Source: Bacillota bacterium (GTDB lineage: Bacteria; Bacillota; Clostridia; Christensenellales; SZUA-584). From it: a DNA stretch of 64,000 nucleotides. Of this stretch, positions 9,269 to 17,674 are shown in pieces. The notes beneath the pieces were generated by a model. That model ran no database searches. It saw nothing but the letters and a program-made list of their open reading frames with translations, and was not told where the DNA came from. Each line of letters begins with the position of its first letter. Position 1 is the stretch's first letter. The DNA is taken from assembly GCA_023391105.1 (NCBI GenBank), contig JAEWBO010000023.1, positions 19,640 through 83,639 of the forward strand, given 5' to 3'. The position numbers were made by a program, and so were the translations under genes.

Positions 9269-10873
9269 TCAGTCCCGCTTTCGTCCGAAAAATCCACGTC
9301 TTGGCTTGCGCGACACACGCGTCTCTTCTTCCATGTCCTCCGGTGCTTCCTCGTATAATTCCGACAGCGCTTCCTCGTCCGGTTCCGACGGCATTTCCTC
9401 GTCTTGCTCCACCAGCGCCTCATCCGGTTCCGACGGCACTTCCTCGTCTTGCTCAACCGGTATTTCGATGGTCTCCTGAGGTTCTTGAGTCTCTGTATAC
9501 TCAGGCTCTAATTCCTCTAGTTCTAATTCCTCTAGTTCTAATTCCTCTGGTTCTTCTTCCTCAGGCGCCTCATCCTCAGCTTCGACAATCAGACGGCATT
9601 CGAAATAATAGCGTTTCTCCTCGGCCATGCCCAGTGAAAACGACTTTTTGGGCAGCACACCGTACTCAATGACGTTATCAAAGATATCGTTTTTCTGCAT
9701 AGGCTCCATAATAAAGCCAAGGCTCGCATGGCTGCGCGCCAGTGCATGAAACTCATCGTCACCGTGAATATAGTCGATACTTGCCTTGGGCAGCTCTTCT
9801 GCCAGCATATCCAGCGCCTCTGTCAGCGTTTGGCTCGCTAGCGGATGATTGGGTTTTGTCACCTCAATATGCCCTTTGGACATCTTGGATTCAAACAGTA
9901 TGGTATGCACACCCTCTTTTTTCTGGGCGCGCGTTCCTCGCGTATACATCATATGGGCTTCCTGACCCGTGCGGTTGAATATCGACACCAGTGTGCGCAG
10001 TGCACTGGATACGTCCTGCACGTTAAACATGACGCGATGAATCGGATGAACCGTGATACCCGGGTCATAGAGATTAACCACCTCACAGAGCGCATAGCGA
10101 AGCGGGCTCTGCGCGCGTTCCTCCGGCGTCATCAGCCCCTTGCGCCTATCCCAAACCGCCTTGGCTGCAGCCAGCGAATGATTACCGTCGCCCACCGCGA
10201 ACAGCATATTGTCTCTGCTTTGCGCTTTGAGCCGCGAAAGCGCGTCCTTAACGCCACTCAGCACCGCCGGATCGTCGATAAACCAGCCCTGAACATGGCC
10301 TCCGTTTTGCATCAACGGCGTGCTGTATATCTTCGAGAACTTTTCTCTGACCTGATAAACAGGCGCAATCACGGTATCCTTGATATCGTTGATCAGCAGC
10401 ATGACATGGGGACATTCCAGCACTGCATCCTCACGCAGGCTAATACGAACGGGCAGTCTCTCGGTCACCGTTCTTTCCGTGGCGCGAATCAGAGGCTTTT
10501 TGGAGGCATCGATGTCGTACTGCTCAAGATCGACTGCGAGCACCACACCAACGCGTGTGCCATGCGGCGTTTCACGCTCCACCATGACGATGCCCTCAGG
10601 CAAGCTCACGAGCACGCCATCCTCAATGTAATCGCGCATTGTCTGTTTGGCATGTGCGATTCTCTCACCGGCATCACCGCTTTTTAGGAAAAGCTCCGGA
10701 ACGATGATATGATATGAAGAGGGTGACCCGCCAACCGTTCTCGCTGTCTTTATCCAATAATCCTCATTTGAGGTGAATTGATCGCAAGCTATGACCGACC
10801 ATTTTTGCTTATTCACTTTTTTATCCGGAATAAGTATCTGAGGGAATATAATCCCCAATTGATCTGTGTCCAT
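9269..10873 (-). CDS. DUF1015-family protein with an acidic repeat tail
   Basis: The N-terminal ~420 aa (ILIPDKK...WSVIACDQFTS...GDGNHSLAAAK) fits DUF1015. The last ~110 aa are E/P/L-rich tandem repeats. Confidence 0.7.
   Translation of the reverse strand: MDTDQLGIIFPQILIPDKKVNKQKWSVIACDQFTSNEDYWIKTARTVGGSPSSYHIIVPELFLKSGDAGERIAHAKQTMRDYIEDGVLVSLPEGIVMVERETPHGTRVGVVLAVDLEQYDIDASKKPLIRATERTVTERLPVRISLREDAVLECPHVMLLINDIKDTVIAPVYQVREKFSKIYSTPLMQNGGHVQGWFIDDPAVLSGVKDALSRLKAQSRDNMLFAVGDGNHSLAAAKAVWDRRKGLMTPEERAQSPLRYALCEVVNLYDPGITVHPIHRVMFNVQDVSSALRTLVSIFNRTGQEAHMMYTRGTRAQKKEGVHTILFESKMSKGHIEVTKPNHPLASQTLTEALDMLAEELPKASIDYIHGDDEFHALARSHASLGFIMEPMQKNDIFDNVIEYGVLPKKSFSLGMAEEKRYYFECRLIVEAEDEAPEEEEPEELELEELELEELEPEYTETQEPQETIEIPVEQDEEVPSEPDEALVEQDEEMPSEPDEEALSELYEEAPEDMEEETRVSRKPRRGFFGRKRD
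9378..9552. repeat. coding tandem repeats (45 nt x2 at 9378-9467; 15 nt x3 at 9508-9552)
   Basis: The unit TCCGGTTCCGACGGCA(T/C)TTCCTCGTCTTGCTC recurs with a 45-nt period. CTAATTCCTCTAGTT occurs three times. Both encode the acidic tail of the DUF1015 protein. Confidence 0.85.
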
Positions 10874-11093
10874 CCGATCCTCCCTGTTACTTACAAAATA
10901 GCATATAGGTCAATATAACACACTTGGATGCTGTATTCAAGATTATTGGCTGTGAAAACATCGGCCCGCAACCCAAGGATCCACGGGATCTGCGCCTTGG
11001 TTGCATCACTTGACATTGAATTCCTGCATGAGCATGTGTATACTAAATTTAGTTTGAAAACAGGGGGGCAGTCATATAACAACGAATCAAAGA

Positions 11094-11513
11094 GTGGCCA
11101 AAGCAAGAGAGTTGTTCCTGAGAGGCTATAACTGCGCGCAAGCCGTTGCGGCCGCTTTTGGCGACCTGACCCAATTGGATGAAAACACAGTGCTTAAGAT
11201 GGCTTCATCGTTCGGCGGCGGCCTGGGACATATGAAAGAGGTCTGCGGTGCGGTCTCGGGCATGGCGCTCATTGCAGGGCTGCTTTACGGCGATATAGAC
11301 CCTGCCGATAAAGCGACAAAGGACGCCCATTATCAACGCGTTCAGGCGTTTGCGCTTAAGTTCAAAGACGAGTTTGGTTCGCTGATCTGCCGTGATCTGC
11401 TCGACCGTGCCGACAAGAACCCAAACAAGGAAGAGCCATACGCGTCGCGCCCGTGCCTTGTGTATGTGGAAAGCGCAACGGAAATACTCGACAGCTGGAT
11501 TAAGCAGCAATAA
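11094..11513 (+). CDS. C_GCAxxG_C_C family protein
   Basis: GTG start. The family-defining Cys pattern is visible in GYNCAQAV, CGAVSG and the later LICRDLL. Confidence 0.75.
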   Translation: MAKARELFLRGYNCAQAVAAAFGDLTQLDENTVLKMASSFGGGLGHMKEVCGAVSGMALIAGLLYGDIDPADKATKDAHYQRVQAFALKFKDEFGSLICRDLLDRADKNPNKEEPYASRPCLVYVESATEILDSWIKQQ

Positions 11514-11526
11514 TCTTATACTTTTT

Positions 11527-12306
11527 TTATACCCTTCGGAAAATATCAGCGGCTTCTATCTGCGGGTGATGATATCTTTTTCTGTTGGCCGTCACGTTGC
11601 CGTATTCGATCGCTTTTGCAGGACACCACTGGATGCACGCCACGCACTGCTCACACGCGTTGCCCCATGCAGGCTTTTTATCCTCCTGAGATATTTTGAT
11701 ATTCTCAGCAGGGCAGACCTTTTCGCAAACCCCGCAGCCCGTGCACGTGTTTGTTGCGACAAAATTAGCGCCCATGCTGCCAAAGCGAGCCAAGCAATCT
11801 AGATTCGTCTTCTCCAGACGCGAAGACATCCGGCTGCCTTGCGGAATGCTTGCCAGCCTGCGCGCTTTCACGTCTGCCGAGATGCGCACAACTTTTTTAT
11901 GTGCACGTTTCATTAATAACTTTTGTATCGCCTGCGGAAATGCTCCATATTTGACGATGTAGTTGCCCGGCATTAGCACGCCATAGGCGGCGCTCAAATG
12001 CCCTTCGCTTTCCTCCACAAGCCTCTCAAGCTGCGCAAACGACGTGCCTGAAGACGACGCATATGTCGCAACGCCATAGATGTATCGCGAGCCAAGCGAA
12101 AGCGATTGAACAAAACGCTTCACTGCAAGGGGCAGGCACCAATAGTATACCGGAAAGACAAATCCGATGCTCTCGCAGTCAGCGTCCGCCGCCGCCGCAA
12201 CGTCACCTATCGCTTCAATTCTTGCATCACCCAGCTCTTTTGCCAGTTCCCTGGCCACGGTCAGGCTGTTTCCCGTTCCAGTGAAATAGAAAATGATGTT
12301 CTTCAT
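11527..12306 (-). CDS. flavodoxin-like plus 2x[4Fe-4S] ferredoxin (EFR1-type)
   Basis: MKNIIFYFTGTGNS flavodoxin N-terminus, then CTGCGVCEKVCP and CEQCVACIQWCP clusters. The start is trimmed to the ATG at 12306, preceded by an AAGGAG RBS. Confidence 0.75.
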   Translation of the reverse strand: MKNIIFYFTGTGNSLTVARELAKELGDARIEAIGDVAAAADADCESIGFVFPVYYWCLPLAVKRFVQSLSLGSRYIYGVATYASSSGTSFAQLERLVEESEGHLSAAYGVLMPGNYIVKYGAFPQAIQKLLMKRAHKKVVRISADVKARRLASIPQGSRMSSRLEKTNLDCLARFGSMGANFVATNTCTGCGVCEKVCPAENIKISQEDKKPAWGNACEQCVACIQWCPAKAIEYGNVTANRKRYHHPQIEAADIFRRV

Positions 12307-12320
12307 ACGAAACTCCTTTA

Positions 12321-12911
12321 TTAACCCTGCTTGGCAAGGCCGTCTAAAATCAATGACACCGTGAATCTCACTTCCTCGAACACCGCTGAGAAAGCTTCGT
12401 CCGTTGAGAGCTGGCAATCCACCTTTGCTCTTATCGCATCGTCAACCATCAGCATACTTTGTGCCACCTTGCGGCTCTCGCAGCTTCTTATTTCACCCTT
12501 TTCGATACAACATTCGAGAATACCTGACAGATGGGTCACCTCAATCTCGAAAATCTTGCCGTACATGTTGCGAAACAAAGGCGCGATCTTCTGGACGCTG
12601 TCTTGACTCAGCTGGCTCAAATTCAAGGAGTACCTGATAAAAGTCAAACGTTCTTCAAAATAGGCCAGTATTTTATCTTTGCAGCTTTTGGCTTGGCCGA
12701 CGCGCTCTATAATGCCGCTGATAAACGCCTTGGCTTCTGCGTAAATCACTTCGGTATAAATGCTTTCTTTGTTTTTAAAGTAATAATAGAGAGAGGCTTT
12801 GTTGAGCCCGACCTGCCTGCCAATATCATCAAGAGTCGTTTTCTCGTAGCCGTATCGGGAAAAGCATTCAGCCGCCGCTTGCAATATTTCTGTTTTCTTA
12901 TCTATAGTCAT
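12321..12911 (-). CDS. TetR/AcrR-family transcriptional regulator
   Basis: N-terminal HTH TLDDIGRQVGLNKASLYYYFKNKESIY. Confidence 0.85.
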   Translation of the reverse strand: MTIDKKTEILQAAAECFSRYGYEKTTLDDIGRQVGLNKASLYYYFKNKESIYTEVIYAEAKAFISGIIERVGQAKSCKDKILAYFEERLTFIRYSLNLSQLSQDSVQKIAPLFRNMYGKIFEIEVTHLSGILECCIEKGEIRSCESRKVAQSMLMVDDAIRAKVDCQLSTDEAFSAVFEEVRFTVSLILDGLAKQG

Positions 12912-12931
12912 ACGATCACCTCAAATATTCT

Positions 12932-12966
12932 AACTATCAAACATTTTATATTATTGTTTGATAGTT
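12932..12966. promoter_or_regulatory. probable TetR operator (12-bp inverted repeat)
   Basis: AACTATCAAACA-11 nt-TGTTTGATAGTT lies 21-55 nt upstream of the tetR start. Confidence 0.6.
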
Positions 12967-12973
12967 TGTCAAA

Positions 12974-13172
12974 TAAAATAGCCGCGTATACGCGGCTATC
13001 AGGCTGCCAATAAACCCTGTTTTGTCATTCCGAGCTTGTCGACTACGGTAGTGGACTGGAATCCCATGAAAAGCGCCTTGTAGAAGGAGATTCCTCAATC
13101 GCTGATGCTCAATCGGAATGACGTAAGTGACTTTTTTGACACTCCCATAGCCGCGTATACGCGGCTATTTTA
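12974..13172. repeat. MITE/REP-like structured element with 26-bp perfect terminal inverted repeats
   Basis: TAAAATAGCCGCGTATACGCGGCTAT occurs at 12974-12999 and as its reverse complement at 13147-13172. An inner inverted repeat GTCATTCCGA/TCGGAATGAC is also present. A 38-nt internal segment recurs at 46757-46794. Confidence 0.7.
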
Positions 13173-13195
13173 CATAAACCAAATGAAGTAAGTGA

Positions 13196-15190
13196 TTATT
13201 CCGCTCTCCCGCCTAAGTTTTCAGCCAAAAACTCCTCCATCGTGGAATAGAACTTCGTCATATCCTCTTTTGAGTTAAAGCCGTGACCGCTATCGGGGAA
13301 TAGCAGATACGTGACCGGTACGCCCGCTTTTTCCAGCGCATCCACCATCTGATCCGATTCCTGCTGAGGCACGCGCACGTCGTTGCCGCCCTGCGCGATG
13401 AGCATGGGAATCTCCACCTGATCCGCGAAATACAACGGCGAGCGCGATTTCATGAGTTCCTGTTCCGTATCCGGGTCTCCCACGGCACGGATAAGATCCT
13501 GATACTCGATGGACCACTTGGCAGGTATCGATTTGACAAAGGTGAGCAGACTTGACGGTCCGAAGGCATCCACCGCGCATTTAAACACATCGGACGAAAA
13601 CGCGGCGCTGATGAGCGCCTCATATCCGCCGTAAGACGCGCCGTAAATACCCACGCGTTCCTTATCCGTCCACCCTTGGTCTACTGCATAATTCACCGCG
13701 TCGAGTATATCCTGATGCATAAGTCCGCCCCACTGCTTGTCTCCCGCATTCATAAGATCCTTGCCGTAACCGGTGGAACCGCGGAAGTTCACCTGCAAAA
13801 CGGCATAACCGCGGTTGGCGAGCAGCTGCACCTCGTTGCTGTAGCCCCAGCTATCCCGCGCCCATGGACCGCCGTGTACGAGCACCACTGTGGGCAGATT
13901 CTTTTTGTCCGAATTCAGCGGGAACGTGACATACCCTTCTATTTTCAGGCCGTCGCTTGCGGTATAAGAGAACGGCTCCATGGTCGCAAATTCGTAATCC
14001 TGAAGCTCGGGCCGTGCGTTATAGAGCATCTTAATCTCTTTTGACGCCATATCGTACACATAATAATCCGTTTCCTTGGTATCCGACACATATGCCACAA
14101 TCCAGTATTCGTCGTTTTCGCTGGAGCCGATGATATCGAAAACGCCGTTGTCTACGGTTTTTAGCACATCGTAATCGTCCTGAAAGCTGTCATCCAGCAC
14201 ATGCCACTCAAGATATGCCCCTTCGGTGGACACGGCTGTCACCCGATCAAGCTCAAGGTCCGTCCACGAGCCGTAAATATCGTAATCAGGATCGTTGAAT
14301 ATGTCGGCTTTCTCCCCGGTATTGACGTCATAAGTGGCCAGCTTGGATGTGTTGCTGCCGGACGAATCGATATAGAGAATGCGAGTATCATCCTGCATGA
14401 ATCCGACCACACCGCTCGTATCCGCATCCTCATAGTCCCACTGAAAAATCTGCTGCCATTCACTCTCAATAAACTGCGTATTCGTATTGGTTGGGTCTTT
14501 TTGAAGCCACACATGATCACCTGCGTTGTCATCGGTACGTGCGACGATGCGCAGCTTGCCCTGATGATCGAACAGATAACCCGTAATATCTCCGGGGTTC
14601 TGCATCACCAGGTTTTTTTCGCCTGTCTCATAATTGAGAAGATGCAGATCGAAAAGCGATGTGTCGATATTGAATATGCTAAGATAGATCTCCTTGTCGT
14701 TCTCGGGATTATCCGCCACATAATAGCAGTTGCTATCGCCGCCGGGCAATACCGTAGAGGTCTTGCCCGTATACACATTGGAGGTATAAAGGCCATAGTT
14801 CTCATCCCCCATATTGTCCACAAACAGCAGCACCGTTTCGCCATCGGGTGCCCAAGAGGCATATGGCACGCCGTACACTTCGTCCGGCCATTTGACCGCG
14901 GACTGCTCCCCCGACTTCCAGTTCAGCACCATATAGCTGTCCTCATAGTCGGTCATATGCCGGTAGAGAATCAGACCGCCGTCCGACGATATCTGCGGCG
15001 CGGAATATTCAGCATAACCCATGAGCACATCAAGCGGAATCAAATCACTTACATTGTTGTTGTTGGGCAGCGTGGGCAGCTCCCTGCTTTCGCTTTTCGG
15101 CCAATCAAAATTCCAGCTGAACTGACAGCCCGTCAGCAAAGCGACTGCTAATAATATAGTAATAAAGATGGTCCATTTCTTTTTGGCCAT
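13196..15190 (-). CDS. S9-family serine peptidase lipoprotein (prolyl oligopeptidase/dipeptidyl peptidase type)
   Basis: Lipobox LLTGCQ. The region IYGASYGGY (GxSxGG nucleophile elbow) and a C-terminal FPDSGHGF His motif are present. The start is trimmed to 15190 with a GGAGGC RBS. Confidence 0.85.
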   Translation of the reverse strand: MAKKKWTIFITILLAVALLTGCQFSWNFDWPKSESRELPTLPNNNNVSDLIPLDVLMGYAEYSAPQISSDGGLILYRHMTDYEDSYMVLNWKSGEQSAVKWPDEVYGVPYASWAPDGETVLLFVDNMGDENYGLYTSNVYTGKTSTVLPGGDSNCYYVADNPENDKEIYLSIFNIDTSLFDLHLLNYETGEKNLVMQNPGDITGYLFDHQGKLRIVARTDDNAGDHVWLQKDPTNTNTQFIESEWQQIFQWDYEDADTSGVVGFMQDDTRILYIDSSGSNTSKLATYDVNTGEKADIFNDPDYDIYGSWTDLELDRVTAVSTEGAYLEWHVLDDSFQDDYDVLKTVDNGVFDIIGSSENDEYWIVAYVSDTKETDYYVYDMASKEIKMLYNARPELQDYEFATMEPFSYTASDGLKIEGYVTFPLNSDKKNLPTVVLVHGGPWARDSWGYSNEVQLLANRGYAVLQVNFRGSTGYGKDLMNAGDKQWGGLMHQDILDAVNYAVDQGWTDKERVGIYGASYGGYEALISAAFSSDVFKCAVDAFGPSSLLTFVKSIPAKWSIEYQDLIRAVGDPDTEQELMKSRSPLYFADQVEIPMLIAQGGNDVRVPQQESDQMVDALEKAGVPVTYLLFPDSGHGFNSKEDMTKFYSTMEEFLAENLGGRAE

Positions 15191-15403
15191 AAAAGCCTCC
15201 TCGTATCGAGACATGATAGTTATTATAACAAACATTATGCGTATCTAAAAAGAAAAATATGTGAATAAAGCGTAATTGAATTCCAACGCTTCCCATGGTA
15301 TCATGTTCCTGTTATTACTCCCATGCTCAAATATACCAAGATTCGAGCAATATACTCCGACCGGACAAGCCGTCTCCATAATATTATATAAGGAGCAGCA
15401 GAT

Positions 15404-16714
15404 ATGAAACGGTTATTATTGGTGGTATTGTGTGCTTTTTTGTTTTTAGGGGTTGGATGCCAAAGCCATAGCGAACCGATTATCGTGCTTATCACACCCA
15501 AACCGTCTCCCTCTCCCACACCCGTCAAAACAGCATCGCCCGAGACAACGCCCACGCCCACGCCCACGCCTGTGCCTCAGCCTGTACAGGCTTCAATTGT
15601 CGTCGCGGGAGACCTGCTCTGTTTAAGCGCACAGCTCTCCGCGGCACGAAGCGGCGGTGAATACAATTTCGATGAATGCTTCGCTTTGATCAAGGACAAG
15701 ATTTCCGCCGCCGATCTTGCCATCGGCAATCTGGAAACACTTGTGGCAGAGGATTACCCTTTCACACAGCCCAATGCGGATAGCGATGACGCGGCTGACA
15801 CCGCTGATTCGGAAGCAGCTGACAATACCGCTCCCCCGGCCGACACCACGTCTGCAGCTGACTCTCCTGCAGGTACGGATCCCGCTGCCGCACCGTCGCC
15901 CACCAAACGGCCCAATCCGCGCATCAACGCGCCTGAATCATTCCTTTCTGCGCTGACGGGCTGCGGCTTCGACGTGCTCACCACAGCTAACAATCATGTG
16001 TACGACTATAAAGCGGATGGCCTCAGAAAAACACTGCAGAAGCTCGACGAACACGGCTTTGCCCACACGGGCGCTTACGCCAAGGAAGCAGACAGAGTAC
16101 CGCTCGTCATGGACGCAGGCGGTATCAATGTCGCAATTTGTGCGTATACGGACGTCCTCAACAACCGCCTAGGCAGCGACGCATTCATGGTTGACCGCTA
16201 CGACAAGGATCTTGTGGCGGCGGATATCGCCGCAGCGCGTAAAGCCGGAGCCGACTATGTGATCGTCTGTATTCACTGGGGCGTTGAGCATACGCATACC
16301 CCCACAAGGGCACAGCATAAAATGGCGGCGTACATCGCGGAAGCCGGCGCCAACATCATACTCGGTTCCCACCCGCACTGCACGCAGCCCTTCGAAGCAA
16401 TAGAAACGAATCACGGCAGTGTGCCTGTTCTTTATTCCTTGGGGAACTTTATATCGAGTATGTCAAAGACAATGCATAAGGACGGCGTGCTTGTCAATAT
16501 CTCGCTCGAAAAAGACGTTGTCAGCGGAGAAACCACGCTCACCTCGCTCACATATACGCCCACCTTCTGCGCCTCGTCATCCGACGCAGGCAGATACGTC
16601 ATCTATCCCGCCGACTCAGCATCCATCCTGCAAAGCGATATGGCGCCCACATTGAGCGGCTCGCGCGAGCGCACCATCGGGGTGCTCACCGAAAACGCCG
16701 CCACAGCGGAGTAA
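15404..16714 (+). CDS. CapA-family (PGA_cap metallophosphatase-like) lipoprotein
   Basis: Lipobox LGVGCQ and a Pro/Thr-rich linker. The motifs VVAGDLL, TANNHVYDY, IHWGVEH and LGSHPH are present. Confidence 0.8.
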   Translation: MKRLLLVVLCAFLFLGVGCQSHSEPIIVLITPKPSPSPTPVKTASPETTPTPTPTPVPQPVQASIVVAGDLLCLSAQLSAARSGGEYNFDECFALIKDKISAADLAIGNLETLVAEDYPFTQPNADSDDAADTADSEAADNTAPPADTTSAADSPAGTDPAAAPSPTKRPNPRINAPESFLSALTGCGFDVLTTANNHVYDYKADGLRKTLQKLDEHGFAHTGAYAKEADRVPLVMDAGGINVAICAYTDVLNNRLGSDAFMVDRYDKDLVAADIAAARKAGADYVIVCIHWGVEHTHTPTRAQHKMAAYIAEAGANIILGSHPHCTQPFEAIETNHGSVPVLYSLGNFISSMSKTMHKDGVLVNISLEKDVVSGETTLTSLTYTPTFCASSSDAGRYVIYPADSASILQSDMAPTLSGSRERTIGVLTENAATAE

Positions 16715-16773
16715 AGCATTGACAGACGGCGTCATTGCGGGTATGCTTGAAGTCGATTTTATTTAAGGAAAGA

Positions 16774-17421
16774 ATGATGAGCCAGAAAAAACAGTTTGAA
16801 TGTCCCGAGTGCCAGACATCCGGGCAGCATACGATGGAGAAGCGCGTTTGCGTTTCAAAGACACCGCAGCTTAAAGAAGACATATTGAGCGGCGCGTATT
16901 TTGAATGGATCTGCCCCGGATGCGACAAGCATTTCTTTGTGGACGATGTCTTTTTGTACAACGACGATGAAAAAAAGTTCATGGTTTATCTGGTGCCGGG
17001 CTACGACGAGCAAACGCTGCCTGTACCCACGCTGCTCAAAACAGACAGCGGTTACGACACAGCGTCCAGCACGCTTCGCGTAACGGCAAGCTTCATCGAC
17101 TTTACCGAAAAGATCAAAATACTTGAAGCGGATCTTAACGACCGTATCATTGAAGCCATAAAGGCGCTGTATGCGTCGGTGCACAGCGACACGTGGTGCG
17201 AAACTGTGTACAACATCCTATTTGAAGGCGTCGGTGAAAACGGTGAGCTAAATTTCGATGTGTTCTTAGAGAAGGACGATTTTTCGTTCGGCGTTCCGCG
17301 CGACGTTTATGACAAAACGCTCAGCGATTTTTCGTTCCTTTGTGACCAAAAAGAAGGCGAAGCTTTCCTGCTGATCGATCAGAACTGGCTCAACAGCAAG
17401 CTTGGCAGTGCAAGCACTTAA
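16774..17421 (+). CDS. CpXC-domain protein
   Basis: The motifs FECPECQ and WICPGCDKHF are paired CxxC motifs at the spacing expected for CpXC proteins. Confidence 0.6.
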   Translation: MMSQKKQFECPECQTSGQHTMEKRVCVSKTPQLKEDILSGAYFEWICPGCDKHFFVDDVFLYNDDEKKFMVYLVPGYDEQTLPVPTLLKTDSGYDTASSTLRVTASFIDFTEKIKILEADLNDRIIEAIKALYASVHSDTWCETVYNILFEGVGENGELNFDVFLEKDDFSFGVPRDVYDKTLSDFSFLCDQKEGEAFLLIDQNWLNSKLGSAST

Positions 17422-17447
17422 ATAACGTACCATCCCGTATATTTAGA

Positions 17448-17476
17448 TTGACAGCGTGCACATTCGTTGTTAGAAT
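17448..17476 (+). promoter_or_regulatory. sigma-70-type promoter of tRNA-Pro
   Basis: TTGACA-17 nt-TAGAAT, with the -10 element ending 18 nt before the tRNA 5' end. Confidence 0.7.
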
Positions 17477-17494
17477 AATATTCGCACGATTTAT

Positions 17495-17571
17495 CTGGGT
17501 GTGGCGCAGCTTGGTAGCGCGCTTGAATGGGGTTCAAGAGGCCGGAAGTTCGAATCTTCTCACCCAGACCA
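17495..17571 (+). tRNA. tRNA-Pro (anticodon GGG), CCA encoded
   Basis: Hand-folded cloverleaf. The acceptor is CTGGGTG/CACCCAG with C1-G72 and A73. The D stem is GCGC/GCGC and the anticodon stem is CTTGA/TCAAG. The anticodon loop is AUGGGGU, the T arm is GGAAG-TTCGAAT-CTTCT, and a 3' CCA is encoded. Confidence 0.9.
17526..17571 (+). repeat. attL (3' part of the intact tRNA-Pro)
   Basis: AATGGGGTTCAAGAGGCCGGAAGTTCGAATCTTCTCACCCAGACCA matches 29325-29370 at 44 of 46 positions. Confidence 0.85.
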
Positions 17572-17639
17572 AGTAAAGTCCCATAATCAAAGGGTTGTGG
17601 GGCTTTTTCTTTATTGCCCCAAGCGTTCACAAAGCTTTT

Positions 17640-17670
17640 TTCTAACACCTTTTCTAACAGGGTTCTATCT
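17640..17670 (+). repeat. TTCTAACA iterons (candidate integrase arm-type sites, left arm)
   Basis: TTCTAACAccttTTCTAACAgggTTCTAtCt with 11-12-nt periodicity. A near-identical 19-nt string occurs at 29157-29174. Confidence 0.5.
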
Positions 17671-17674
17671 CTTC

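Noticed and set aside
9265-9456. Arg/Lys-rich 64-aa N-terminal extension of the aspartate kinase ORF
   Set aside because: It is an out-of-frame read of the repeat DNA encoding the DUF1015 acidic tail. The conserved kinase N-terminus MKVCKFGGSS begins at the internal ATG at 9264.
9378-9552. CRISPR-like regular repeats (also considered for 62775-63212)
   Set aside because: The repeats are directly tandem without unique spacers and lie in frame within protein-coding genes. No cas genes or leader are present.
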